Shown piece by piece: positions 9,025 through 17,250 of a stretch of 64,000 bases of DNA. Origin of the DNA: Dehalococcoidia bacterium. Lineage in GTDB: Bacteria > Chloroflexota > Dehalococcoidia > Lucifugimonadales > Australimonadaceae. The notes beneath the pieces were generated by a model, which was not told the DNA's origin, ran no database searches, and saw only the letters and a list, made by a program, of their open reading frames with translations. The stretch is taken from positions 48,341 to 112,340 of the forward strand of contig CAUZFB010000002.1 in the NCBI GenBank assembly GCA_963579135.1, written 5' to 3'. Position 1 is the first letter of the stretch; every line of letters begins with the position of its first letter. The position numbers and the translations under genes are program-made.

Positions 9025-9408
9025 CTATTGCCGCACCTTCTTCAGGAGCGATTCCTCATCGAGGTCCTGGTACTCCCGGTAGATGCGGACCAGAAAAGCC
9101 AGCGCCACTCCGGTGATGGCGACGCTGACAACGATAGCAGTGAGCATGAGCACGTGGGGCAGGGGGTTGACGTAAAGCTCAGGCTCGACAGGTGTGACGA
9201 TGTGGCCACCCTCGACCAGGAGAATCGGCAAGGTTGCGCCGTCGCGCAGGCTGCCAGCGATGAAGAAGAGGATGATTGCTGACTGAAAGATGTTCATCCC
9301 GATCAGCTTTTTGATCAGATTGCGCTTGCCGATCATGCCGTAGAGGCCCACCACTATCAGCGCGCCGCTCGCCCAGTAGGGGAATCGGGCCGCGATCTCG
9401 TCAATCAT
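9025..9408 (-). CDS. mrpC: Mrp antiporter subunit C (NuoK-like)
   Basis: The internal Met gives a 127-aa protein, 'MIDEIAARFPYWASGALIVVGLYGMIGKRNLIKKLIGMNIFQSAIILFF', typical of MnhC. That ATG overlaps the mrpB stop by 8 nt. The longer ORF-track start (9618) runs through mrpB. Confidence 0.85.
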   Translation of the reverse strand: MIDEIAARFPYWASGALIVVGLYGMIGKRNLIKKLIGMNIFQSAIILFFIAGSLRDGATLPILLVEGGHIVTPVEPELYVNPLPHVLMLTAIVVSVAITGVALAFLVRIYREYQDLDEESLLKKVRQ

Positions 9409-9868
9409 CGTTTTCGTCCTGGAATCGCAGGGTGAGGTAGTCGTACATGATGACAAGCACGCTGAATACGCCAATGAACACACCCACCTCAACGACGAAC
9501 ACGCCCATGGCCCTTGCCGTTCGGTGGTGCTCAGCGATGTCGTTGAACCACGCCGTGGGAAGGCTGCTGTAGTCCAGGTAATTAGCGCCGTACAACATGG
9601 GGACGATTCCGGCGACAACGTAGATACCGACCCCGAAGCTCGCGAGCCAGATGAGAATGCGCGTCGGGAAGCGCGGGGACGAATGGACGATGCCCAGCGT
9701 CAGGCGCGCGAGGACGAAGGCCGATGCGACGATTGCACCCGCCTGGAACCCGCCCCCCGGGCTCAGCTCACCGTGGATGAAGACATAGGCGCCGAACATG
9801 ACGATGAACGGCACCATGAACACCCGCACTACAAAGTGCAGGATGACGCTGTCATGGCGTTCCGTCAT
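9401..9868 (-). CDS. mrpB: Mrp antiporter subunit B (MnhB domain)
   Basis: 155 aa. 'HGELSPGGGFQAGAIVASAFVL' is an MnhB-type motif. Confidence 0.8.
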   Translation of the reverse strand: MTERHDSVILHFVVRVFMVPFIVMFGAYVFIHGELSPGGGFQAGAIVASAFVLARLTLGIVHSSPRFPTRILIWLASFGVGIYVVAGIVPMLYGANYLDYSSLPTAWFNDIAEHHRTARAMGVFVVEVGVFIGVFSVLVIMYDYLTLRFQDENDD

Positions 9869-10142
9869 CGCGTTTGTACCCCTTCTGAAGAACTAGGAGC
9901 ACGGCGAGGCCCGCCGTAAAGATGACGATGGTCTCGCCCAGGGTGTCGTACCCCCGGAAGTCCGCCAGGATGGCGGACACGATATTGGGGATCTCAACCT
10001 CCTCCGCGGTGAGCTTGATGAACTCGGCCGCAAGGTGTTCGTTGGCGGGCGCGTGAGGGTCGCCACGATCCGGCAGGTCGGCCGACACGTAGCCGAACAA
10101 CCCCACGAAGCTGATGAGGAATGCAAGCGTGAGCCACTTCAA
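9852..10142 (-). CDS. MnhB-type fragment equivalent to the MrpA C-terminal region (MbhE-like), 96 aa
   Basis: The 'ILADFRGYDTLGETIVIFTAG' hallmark of the MnhB domain, carried on a stand-alone small membrane protein. Confidence 0.7.
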   Translation of the reverse strand: MKWLTLAFLISFVGLFGYVSADLPDRGDPHAPANEHLAAEFIKLTAEEVEIPNIVSAILADFRGYDTLGETIVIFTAGLAVLLVLQKGYKRDDGTP

Positions 10143-10384
10143 TCGACAGACCTCCGTCGCATGAGGCTAATGCCACCGATAAGCAGCACTCCTGTGATAC
10201 CGGCACCCAGGGACGCCTCCGTCAATGCGACGTCCACTGCGCCCATCATGGCGAGCAAGGTGGCCGCGATGAAGCTGTACGCGGTCAGTGCAGCAAGGCT
10301 GGCGACGAGGTCACGCACCTCAAGCGCAATGATGGCGACAACGATCAACATAACGAAGAAGGCGAGCTCAAATTGCCAGATCAT
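10139..10384 (-). CDS. DUF4040 (MbhD-like; MrpA C-terminal piece) membrane protein, 81 aa
   Basis: Three-TM small protein with 'AYSFIAATLLAMMGAVDVALTEASLGAGITGVLL', typical of DUF4040. It sits between mrpG and the MnhB pieces, as in Mbh/Mbx membrane arms. Confidence 0.65.
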   Translation of the reverse strand: MIWQFELAFFVMLIVVAIIALEVRDLVASLAALTAYSFIAATLLAMMGAVDVALTEASLGAGITGVLLIGGISLMRRRSVD

Positions 10385-10725
10385 CGGGTCTCCCCTCCTA
10401 GCTCCGCCGATGGGCCTGGCTGAGGCTCCGGAGGCCGCGAGCGCGATGGCAAAACGCCCGTGCGCACCGCAGCGCGGGTCAGCACGTGCGCTCCGACCGG
10501 ATTCGCGAGGGTGACGAACACGATGATGAGCGCGTACTTGAGGCTCACGAGGGTCGAGCCTTCGTGAATCATAAGACCAAGGAACACCAGGGTAAGGCCC
10601 AGGGTTTCGGACTTAGAGACGGCATGCACCCGAGCGAAGAATCCAGGCAGCCGAATCAAACCGATGACGGTGACCGCCAGGAAGAACAGACCGAACGACA
10701 TCACCATGAGGGCGAAAGTGCTCAT
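10381..10725 (-). CDS. mrpG: Mrp antiporter subunit G
   Basis: 'IGLIRLPGFFARVHAVSKSETLGLTLVFLGL...ANPVGAHVLTRAA' is the MnhG/PhaG pattern. Confidence 0.85.
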   Translation of the reverse strand: MSTFALMVMSFGLFFLAVTVIGLIRLPGFFARVHAVSKSETLGLTLVFLGLMIHEGSTLVSLKYALIIVFVTLANPVGAHVLTRAAVRTGVLPSRSRPPEPQPGPSAELGGETR

Positions 10726-11030
10726 CCGGCAATCCTTTCCGGCGGATCGCCAGGCTGGCCGAGCTCGCGCTCCTCAGGGTGGTTCTCAAGGTACTTGGAG
10801 ATGGCAACGGTACCGATGAAGTTGAGCAACGCGTACGTAAGTGCGAGGTCCACGAACATTTCAGGACGTTCGTACAGGTATCCCATGATCGCGAGCAGAA
10901 CGATGGCGAACGTGCCGATGGCGCCGGCTGCGAGCAGGCGGTTATACACACGCGGCCCGCGGATGAGGCGATAGCTGAGGCCAAACATGAGCACGATGAG
11001 CAACCCTGCGATCGCGGTGAACTCGGTCAC
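10722..11030 (-). CDS. mrpF: Mrp antiporter subunit F
   Basis: 'YRLIRGPRVYNRLLAAGAIGT...DLALTYALLNFIGTVAISKYLE' is the MrpF/PhaF pattern. Confidence 0.85.
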   Translation of the reverse strand: MTEFTAIAGLLIVLMFGLSYRLIRGPRVYNRLLAAGAIGTFAIVLLAIMGYLYERPEMFVDLALTYALLNFIGTVAISKYLENHPEERELGQPGDPPERIAG

Positions 11031-11656
11031 AACGGCACCTGACTGGGCAGTTTGATCTCAGTCAGCTTAACGTGCTCGACCCACGGCTCGCCGAACACCT
11101 GCGCGACGCGCTTCTGAAGGATGCCGTCCTCGATGCCTTGCCTGGTGGTGCGCGATAGGCAATGGATCAGGAACTTGCCGTCCGACGCGTCGACCGTGAC
11201 GGTGCCAGGGGTGAGCGTGATGGACTGGGCCAGTGTTACCTGGGCACGCTCAGAGACAAGCGTGGTGTCAAACTCCACGAGGGTCGGATCGACAGGCATC
11301 TTGGGGTGCAGTACCAGGTAGACGACGTGGAAATTGGATACCACGATCTGATATCCAAGCCAAGGAAGGTAAACCAGGAACCTGAAGCCAGTCTTGGCGT
11401 ACCACTTCACGCTGGGCGGAGCACTGGCGTACTGGCCTTCATGCGAGCCACGGAACAATCGCTCAGACACGGCAATCGCAGCAACTGCGGAGATCCCACC
11501 GATGATCATGAATTCAGCAACGAATACACCAGAAAAGGCCATCCACAGGGCGAAGAGGACGACCCACTGCGTAAGCCATCTGGCAGCAAGCTTCCATCTG
11601 CCGCCAGGATTCAGTTGTGGGGGAACGCTGGCGCTCATCCCGGATTGACCAAACAT
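11027..11656 (-). CDS. mrpE: Mrp antiporter subunit E
   Basis: 'LVYLPWLGYQIVVSNFHVVYLVL', 'AQSITLTPGTVTVD' and 'FLIHCL' are MnhE motifs. Start moved to the Met at 11656 ('MFGQSG'), because a TTGACA-17-TAAGCT promoter-like site lies inside the longer TTG-initiated ORF. The start remains uncertain (11638 is also possible). Confidence 0.75.
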   Translation of the reverse strand: MFGQSGMSASVPPQLNPGGRWKLAARWLTQWVVLFALWMAFSGVFVAEFMIIGGISAVAAIAVSERLFRGSHEGQYASAPPSVKWYAKTGFRFLVYLPWLGYQIVVSNFHVVYLVLHPKMPVDPTLVEFDTTLVSERAQVTLAQSITLTPGTVTVDASDGKFLIHCLSRTTRQGIEDGILQKRVAQVFGEPWVEHVKLTEIKLPSQVPL

Positions 11657-11717
11657 GGCGCCCCTGATGGCCCCACGCCTCTCTCTCTTACGGCCGCCCG
11701 CCGAAGGTGTGGCGGGT

Positions 11718-11746
11718 AGCTTACGTACCCTCCGAAGGAGTGTCAA
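11718..11746 (-). promoter_or_regulatory. Candidate sigma70-type promoter of the Mrp-type operon (TTGACA-17 nt-TAAGCT)
   Basis: Perfect -35 hexamer, 17-nt spacer and a weak -10. It lies about 60 nt upstream of the Met at 11656. Confidence 0.3.
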
Positions 11747-11791
11747 CAAGGCTCTTACCCCAAAGAACGGTGAGACGCAGAGGCTCCTATA

Positions 11792-12604
11792 ATGCCCCCC
11801 GACGAGAGGAGCAATACTTTGGCACTAACCTTTGAGATTGGCGATGCGTCTGCCCCACGGGGGCACGCCATCGTCTACTTCCACTCCGGCGCCGACATCC
11901 TGGCGACGTACGTCCTTGTGCTGCCCATCGCGATGGACATGGGCAAGTACCTCCCGCCGCTGCTTGCTTCCCAACTAGGAGGCATGGCTGGCGACATCAT
12001 GGGCGGCGGCATGGGCAGCTTCGCGGCTCCTCCCGTACCAGAGAATGTCGACAGCGTCGATCACCTCGACAAACTCGCGCGTGCTCGCGGCGATGACCTG
12101 ATTGCAGGCGGGAGCATCGGCGTCGGCGACGTGGCCGCCGCGATGAGCGAGACTGCACAGGTGGTGCAGGAGTACAACGCCCTATACGAGCAGAGCGGCG
12201 GCCCTCTAGCCGCTGTAGCTCAGGGCGAGACGCCAGAGGGCGACCTGCGCGCTTTGGACGAACGTGGAGCGGGCGAGGGCGGTGCGCGGGTCGAGCATGT
12301 ACTGTTCGAGCTGATGAGCGATCGCGACAAGCTTGGCGAATTGTCCAAGCTCGTGGGGACGATGCGCTTCGCAACTGAGCGCAACGACACGACGCTGACT
12401 GACGAGACCGACTCTTCGATAGCCGCGCTAGAACGCCTGTTGCCCGAACATTACTGGGCAGCTAAGGTACGTAACGCGGCGAAAGACGTATCAGCGGAAG
12501 GAGCGGCGTTGGCACAGCTTTACGTGGAGCGCTGCTACAAGCTGATAGACGAAGATTTCCCTGCGGTAGAGCAACTCGAGAAGAAGATCGCAGACCTGAT
12601 TTGA
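11792..12604 (+). CDS. Hypothetical protein (270 aa), no family recognised
   Basis: Strong GC3 bias along the frame. It has a Gly/Met-rich segment ('GGMAGDIMGGGMGSFAAPP') and an acidic helical C-terminus. It is divergent from the Mrp-type operon. Confidence 0.6.
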   Translation: MPPDERSNTLALTFEIGDASAPRGHAIVYFHSGADILATYVLVLPIAMDMGKYLPPLLASQLGGMAGDIMGGGMGSFAAPPVPENVDSVDHLDKLARARGDDLIAGGSIGVGDVAAAMSETAQVVQEYNALYEQSGGPLAAVAQGETPEGDLRALDERGAGEGGARVEHVLFELMSDRDKLGELSKLVGTMRFATERNDTTLTDETDSSIAALERLLPEHYWAAKVRNAAKDVSAEGAALAQLYVERCYKLIDEDFPAVEQLEKKIADLI

Positions 12605-12651
12605 AGCGCCGCTACCACGATGCAAAAGCCAGTTAGCCGAGGAGGTGACCC

Positions 12652-13872
12652 ATGGCAACCCAAAACAAGACCTATAACGTCGGCGGAGTCCAGATGGACC
12701 GGCCGTTCAAGATTCGCAGGCTCGGGCACTTCGGGTTCAACGTCGTCAACATGGATGCCAGCGTGGATTTCTACCGGAACCTGCTCGGCTTCAAGATGTC
12801 GGACATGAACAACTTCGCGTCCAACCCGGAGCGGGCGAAGAAGCTCGATGATCTGGGGATCACCGACGCACGAGGTCGTTTCTTTCACTATGGCGGCGAC
12901 CACCACGCGTTCGTGCTGTTCCCAAAGGACACGATGGACGCCATGCGCGGTAGCAACTCCGGCGACCAGAACATCAACCAGATCACCTGGCAAACGGGCT
13001 CGCTGGCGGAGGTGGTCAACGCGGTGGAGTACTTCGAGGAGCACGAGGTCCACATCAACCGCTCAGGCCGCGATATGCCGGGGAGTAATTGGCACACCTA
13101 CGTGCAGGACCTCGATGGACACACGAATGAGATCTACTACGGCATGGAGCAGATCGGCTGGGACGGCCGCTCCAAGCCGCTGGACATGTACTACCGGAAA
13201 TTCACCGAAAAGGCCACGCTCCCCCAGCCATCCGAGGAGGATGAGATCGAGGAAGCCATCGCGAAGGGTATCGACCTGACGTCCGGGTTCCGCGATACAG
13301 AGGATCTGCCACGCACGTACGACGTTGAGGGGATGCTGCTGGCGCGCCCGTTCAAAATCACGAAGATCGGCCCCGTGGATATCTTCGTTGACGACGTGGA
13401 CGCGGCTGTCCGCTTCTACACGGAGGAGATGGGTTTCACGCTGACAGAGAATGTGCTGTACCAGGCCGAGCGGTTCGCGTTCTTGCGCGCTGGTACAGAA
13501 CACCACAGCCTGAGCCTGTGGCCGAAGTCTATGCGCGAGGAGATGGGCTTCTGGGACGGGAGCACGTGCGCGAGCTTCGGGGTGGAGGTGGGGTCCTTCG
13601 AACAGCTTCGCAACGCGGTAGCTTTCCTCAAGGAGAGCGGAGTCGAGATCCGCGAGGTGCCCGCCGAGTTACACCCAGGCGTCGATTACGCGGCTTACGC
13701 CATCGATCCGGATGGCCATGCGATTCAGCTGTACTACTACATGGAGAACGTAGGCTGGCAGGGAAGCTCCCGGGACGTCAGCAAGCAAACGCCGATCGAT
13801 CAGTGGCCCGAGACCATCAGCCCTTTGTCTGACACCTACGCCGACCAAACCTACACCGGCCCCCTTGGCTAG
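12652..13872 (+). CDS. Two-domain VOC-superfamily protein, probable extradiol ring-cleavage dioxygenase
   Basis: 406 aa with a GAGGAGG SD. Two repeats of paired beta-alpha-beta-beta-beta modules are present ('LGHFGFNVVNMDASVDFYRNLLGF', 'HHAFVLF', 'DLDGHTNEIYY', then 'IGPVDIFVDDVDAAVRFYTEEMGF', 'HHSLSLW', 'DPDGHAIQLYY'). Confidence 0.7.
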   Translation: MATQNKTYNVGGVQMDRPFKIRRLGHFGFNVVNMDASVDFYRNLLGFKMSDMNNFASNPERAKKLDDLGITDARGRFFHYGGDHHAFVLFPKDTMDAMRGSNSGDQNINQITWQTGSLAEVVNAVEYFEEHEVHINRSGRDMPGSNWHTYVQDLDGHTNEIYYGMEQIGWDGRSKPLDMYYRKFTEKATLPQPSEEDEIEEAIAKGIDLTSGFRDTEDLPRTYDVEGMLLARPFKITKIGPVDIFVDDVDAAVRFYTEEMGFTLTENVLYQAERFAFLRAGTEHHSLSLWPKSMREEMGFWDGSTCASFGVEVGSFEQLRNAVAFLKESGVEIREVPAELHPGVDYAAYAIDPDGHAIQLYYYMENVGWQGSSRDVSKQTPIDQWPETISPLSDTYADQTYTGPLG

Positions 13873-14063
13873 TGGTCTAGGCCACCACATGGCCAGGTGC
13901 GGCGTCAGGCGCTCGGGGTGGCAAAGGTAACTGAACCCTGCGCGCGGACGTAGGGGCGGACGGATGTAAGAAGAGGCGCAGGGGGTCTGACCAATTGGCA
14001 GAAGGGGCGGGCAGACGGGCCGTCCCTTCGTCTAGAAGAGAAAGTACGCGCGAGGAGGAAACC

Positions 14064-14450
14064 ATGGGACGACGACAAGTGATTGATCTGCCGGGAATGG
14101 GCCATCGAGCGCCGATCTCGCTGGGCGTGCGCATCGACAACATGGTGTACACGTCGGGCATCAGCGGCCGCGACGCGGACAACGATTCGTTGCCGGAGGA
14201 CGCGGCGGGACAGGCGGAAATGATGTTCAAGAACGTGAGGAGCGTCATCGAGCTCGCCGGTGGCACCGTGGACGACATCATCTACATGCAGATCCGCATG
14301 AAGGACCGCGGCGATCGGCAGTACGTGGATCCACACTGGCTCGCGATGTTCCCGAACGCCGACGATAGGCCTGCGCGCCACGCTGAGGAGACAGCCCTGG
14401 GCGGCGGCATGCTGATGCAATGCCAGATTACGGCTGTGCTCCCTAGCTAG
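14064..14450 (+). CDS. RidA/YjgF/TdcF-family protein
   Basis: Internal ATG preceded by GAGGAGG. 'VYTSGISGRD...AGQAEMMFKNVRSVIELAGGTVDDIIYMQI' is the RidA pattern. Confidence 0.75.
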   Translation: MGRRQVIDLPGMGHRAPISLGVRIDNMVYTSGISGRDADNDSLPEDAAGQAEMMFKNVRSVIELAGGTVDDIIYMQIRMKDRGDRQYVDPHWLAMFPNADDRPARHAEETALGGGMLMQCQITAVLPS

Positions 14451-14470
14451 GCTCGCCCACATACGTGAAG

Positions 14471-14509
14471 AGAGGGCTCGGGAAACCGAGCCCTCTCTTT
14501 TCTTTTTCG
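14471..14509 (+). terminator. Rho-independent terminator after the RidA gene
   Basis: Perfect 11-bp stem AGAGGGCTCGG/CCGAGCCCTCT with a GAAA loop, followed by CTTTTCTTTTTC. Confidence 0.8.
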
Positions 14510-14557
14510 CGATCGCTAGCACCATCGCGGCTGACCGACGGTCAGCACTTGCGGTTG

Positions 14558-15862
14558 CTACGTCAGCTTGATACCAGCGGCCTCCGCGGCGACGTCGTAG
14601 ATGCGCTGAACCCGCAGGCCAACCGGGGCGTGCTTACCTGTAGGAGCCACGGACACGTCGCCCGTTTCGGGGTCCCATTGGCCGTCCAACGGGTTCTTGT
14701 TGTTCCGGGGTAGAACGAGCCGCTTGCCGATCTTGTTCTCCTGCCAGAGCTCGATGATTTCGTTCTTGGCGGGATCGCGGAACGTGTTCATTGGCTCACC
14801 GCCGTCAGCGACGATGTCCATCTGCTCCTGAAGCTGGCGCCGGTACAGGATGATGCCCTTGTCCGATTCGCCGAGCTTCTCCAGATTGCGCTGGGCCAGA
14901 GGGCCCTGCGTCACCCAGGCCATGGTATCCTGGCCGATGGTGTAGTCGACCGCGAAGCGGCCGTCCTCTCGACGAAGCGGCACCAGGCGGTGCGGGATCA
15001 CGTCCTGCTCGGGCGCCGAAACGCCGGTGGGGGGAGCGTAGACGTTGTAGGTCCAGTGGATGGTGTGGGTGTCGTCGACAGGCGTCCTCATCTGGAAGCC
15101 GGTGCCCACGCGCAACCAGTTCGGAAACACCACCGGGTGGCCAACCTTCCACGGAGTGTCGTCCTCGGTGGTGTCGGTGTAGGTGCGACGCTTGATGATG
15201 CCGTGTTCGAACGGCTCGAACCGGATCTTCGTGTGGCGTTTGCTGGGGGCAATCGCCTTGGGCTCCGTACCCATCAGCTCCAATTGGTAGTTGGACCAAT
15301 AGCCGTGCAACCACTCTAGGTGGACCGGGTCGAGGGAGTTCTCCATACACTGAAGCCAGTTGCAGGGGAGCAGGGTCTCGCCGATGTCGCGTAAGACGTT
15401 GTCCCAGACGAACAGGTCCCATCGGGGAAGCAACGGCGCGGGCGTGGGGCCCAGGTACGCCCAGAGCATCCCGCCCATCTCCTCAACAGGGTAGCCCGCG
15501 ATGCGAACCTTCTCCTTGAAGCGTCCGTCGGGGTGGACGGTTTCCTCGAAGGGTTGTTCGATGCACTGGCCGGTCTCATCGAACATCCAGCCGTGGTACA
15601 TGCAGCGTAGGCCCGTCTCTTCGGGGATGCCGTAGGAGAGATCAACGCGGCGGTGAGCGCAGAGTCGGTCGATCAAGCCATGTGTGCCCGACCGATCCTT
15701 GTAGAGAACCAAGTCCTCAGCCAACAGGCGGACCGATTTCGTGGGGCGTTCGTCCAACTCAACGGTCGCGGCAACGGGGTGCCAGTACCGGCGCATCAGC
15801 TCGCCCATCGGCGTGCCCCTTCCTACTTGGATCAGCTTTTCATTCGCATCGACGCTTAGCAT
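14558..15862 (-). CDS. Rieske [2Fe-2S] non-heme-iron oxygenase, alpha-subunit type
   Basis: Rieske motif 'CAHRRVDLSYGIPEETGLRCMYHGW' (CxH...CxxH) and iron motif 'NSLDPVHLEWLH'. Start set at 'MLSVDANEK' (GGAGG SD 5 nt upstream), matching the N-termini of the two paralogs at 40587-43189. Confidence 0.85.
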   Translation of the reverse strand: MLSVDANEKLIQVGRGTPMGELMRRYWHPVAATVELDERPTKSVRLLAEDLVLYKDRSGTHGLIDRLCAHRRVDLSYGIPEETGLRCMYHGWMFDETGQCIEQPFEETVHPDGRFKEKVRIAGYPVEEMGGMLWAYLGPTPAPLLPRWDLFVWDNVLRDIGETLLPCNWLQCMENSLDPVHLEWLHGYWSNYQLELMGTEPKAIAPSKRHTKIRFEPFEHGIIKRRTYTDTTEDDTPWKVGHPVVFPNWLRVGTGFQMRTPVDDTHTIHWTYNVYAPPTGVSAPEQDVIPHRLVPLRREDGRFAVDYTIGQDTMAWVTQGPLAQRNLEKLGESDKGIILYRRQLQEQMDIVADGGEPMNTFRDPAKNEIIELWQENKIGKRLVLPRNNKNPLDGQWDPETGDVSVAPTGKHAPVGLRVQRIYDVAAEAAGIKLT

Positions 15863-16031
15863 CTTTCCCTCCAGGATTCTGCGACCACTCATCTGGTAAT
15901 CGGCGCGCGTACGCAGGTCGGTGACAATTCATGCCGAACGCTCCGAGAGGGCAACCGATTACCTGTATACGACGCGTAAACTGGCCATCGTAACCAGCGC
16001 CAACGACGATGTTACTCCTGCCCTGCGTCGT

Positions 16032-16060
16032 CCTGACACCCGTAGAACTACGGTGTCAGG
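16032..16060. promoter_or_regulatory. Near-perfect 13-bp-arm inverted repeat in a divergent promoter region (candidate operator or 5'-UTR hairpin)
   Basis: CCTGACAC(C)CGTAG-AA-CTACGGTGTCAGG. It lies between the Rieske gene (-) and the amidohydrolase gene (+). Confidence 0.4.
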
Positions 16061-16122
16061 TGTTCCCTGAGACGCCGTAGGCTTTCGGCAAACGATCAAA
16101 CTTGACCCACGGAACACATGCA

Positions 16123-17247
16123 ATGTCTTACAACGACTACAAAGTGATGGACTCCGACATGCATATCGTCGAGCCCAACGATTTGTTCGAGCGCTACATC
16201 GATGCGCCGTTCGCAGGACGGGCACCGCAGATCCTGCGTGTGCCTGGGAAGCGTGGCGGCGCATTCCTGTTCGAGGGCCATCGATTGCCGTCGTGTGACG
16301 TTGACAATCCCCAGCGTATGTACGGGATGAGCGGGCACGCCGACGCGGCTTCCGCACCGATGCGGGCGCGAGGCTACGACGGCCCGTCGCAGCTTGAGGC
16401 GATGGACATGGAAGGGATTGACATCGCCGTGATGTACCCGACAGTCTGCCTCTACGTACCCAACGGCGTGGACGGGGTCGATGGACAGCTTTCAGCGGCG
16501 GTGGCTCGTGCGTACAACAACTGGCTCTACGACTTCTGTCAGACAGACCCGGCACGCATGAAGGTCGCGGCAGCGCTGCCCCAGAACGACCCGAAAGAGG
16601 CGGTGCGCGAGGCACGGCGCGCGGTGAACGAGCTCGGCGCGGTAGGCGTCTACATGAGGCCCAACTTCGTGAACGGTGTAACGTTCCACGCCGCTGACTA
16701 CCAGGAGCTCTGGGCGACGCTGGAGGAGCTGAACGTGCCGGTAGGCTTCCACGAAGGCACGGGCTCGATCTACCGGCAGGACGGTTCGGAGTTCGGCGAC
16801 AATCGCTTGATGCTTCACGCGTGCTCGCACCCCATGGGTATGATAAAGGCGATGATCAGCATGATCTGTGGGGGAGTGTTCGAGAACTTCCCGAAGCTCC
16901 GGGCTGCGTACCTTGAAGCGAACGCTGGGTGGGTACCGTCGTGGCTGGGCCGTATGGACCGGGACTACGAGCTGTACAAAGAGTGGGACGCGCCGTTCCT
17001 GACCATGAAGCCGTCCGAGTACTTCGCCCGCAATTGCTTCGTGGGGACCGAGGCAGACGAGGCCGAACTGCACTATGTGGTGGACTCGTCAGGCAACCAG
17101 AACATCGTTTTCTCCTCCGACTACCCACACCATGATTCGGAATTCCCCGGCTCGGTCAAGGATTTCCTCACGAACGACAAGCTCACGGACGAGACGAAAC
17201 GAGCGGTGCTCTGGGACAACTGCGCGCGGCTCTATGCGCTGGGGTAG
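16123..17247 (+). CDS. Amidohydrolase_2 family protein (ACMSD-like decarboxylase/hydrolase)
   Basis: 'VMDSDMHIVEP' N-terminal metal motif and the C-terminal 'VFSSDYPHHDSEFP'. First ATG taken as the start. Confidence 0.8.
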   Translation: MSYNDYKVMDSDMHIVEPNDLFERYIDAPFAGRAPQILRVPGKRGGAFLFEGHRLPSCDVDNPQRMYGMSGHADAASAPMRARGYDGPSQLEAMDMEGIDIAVMYPTVCLYVPNGVDGVDGQLSAAVARAYNNWLYDFCQTDPARMKVAAALPQNDPKEAVREARRAVNELGAVGVYMRPNFVNGVTFHAADYQELWATLEELNVPVGFHEGTGSIYRQDGSEFGDNRLMLHACSHPMGMIKAMISMICGGVFENFPKLRAAYLEANAGWVPSWLGRMDRDYELYKEWDAPFLTMKPSEYFARNCFVGTEADEAELHYVVDSSGNQNIVFSSDYPHHDSEFPGSVKDFLTNDKLTDETKRAVLWDNCARLYALG

Positions 17248-17250
17248 GCG

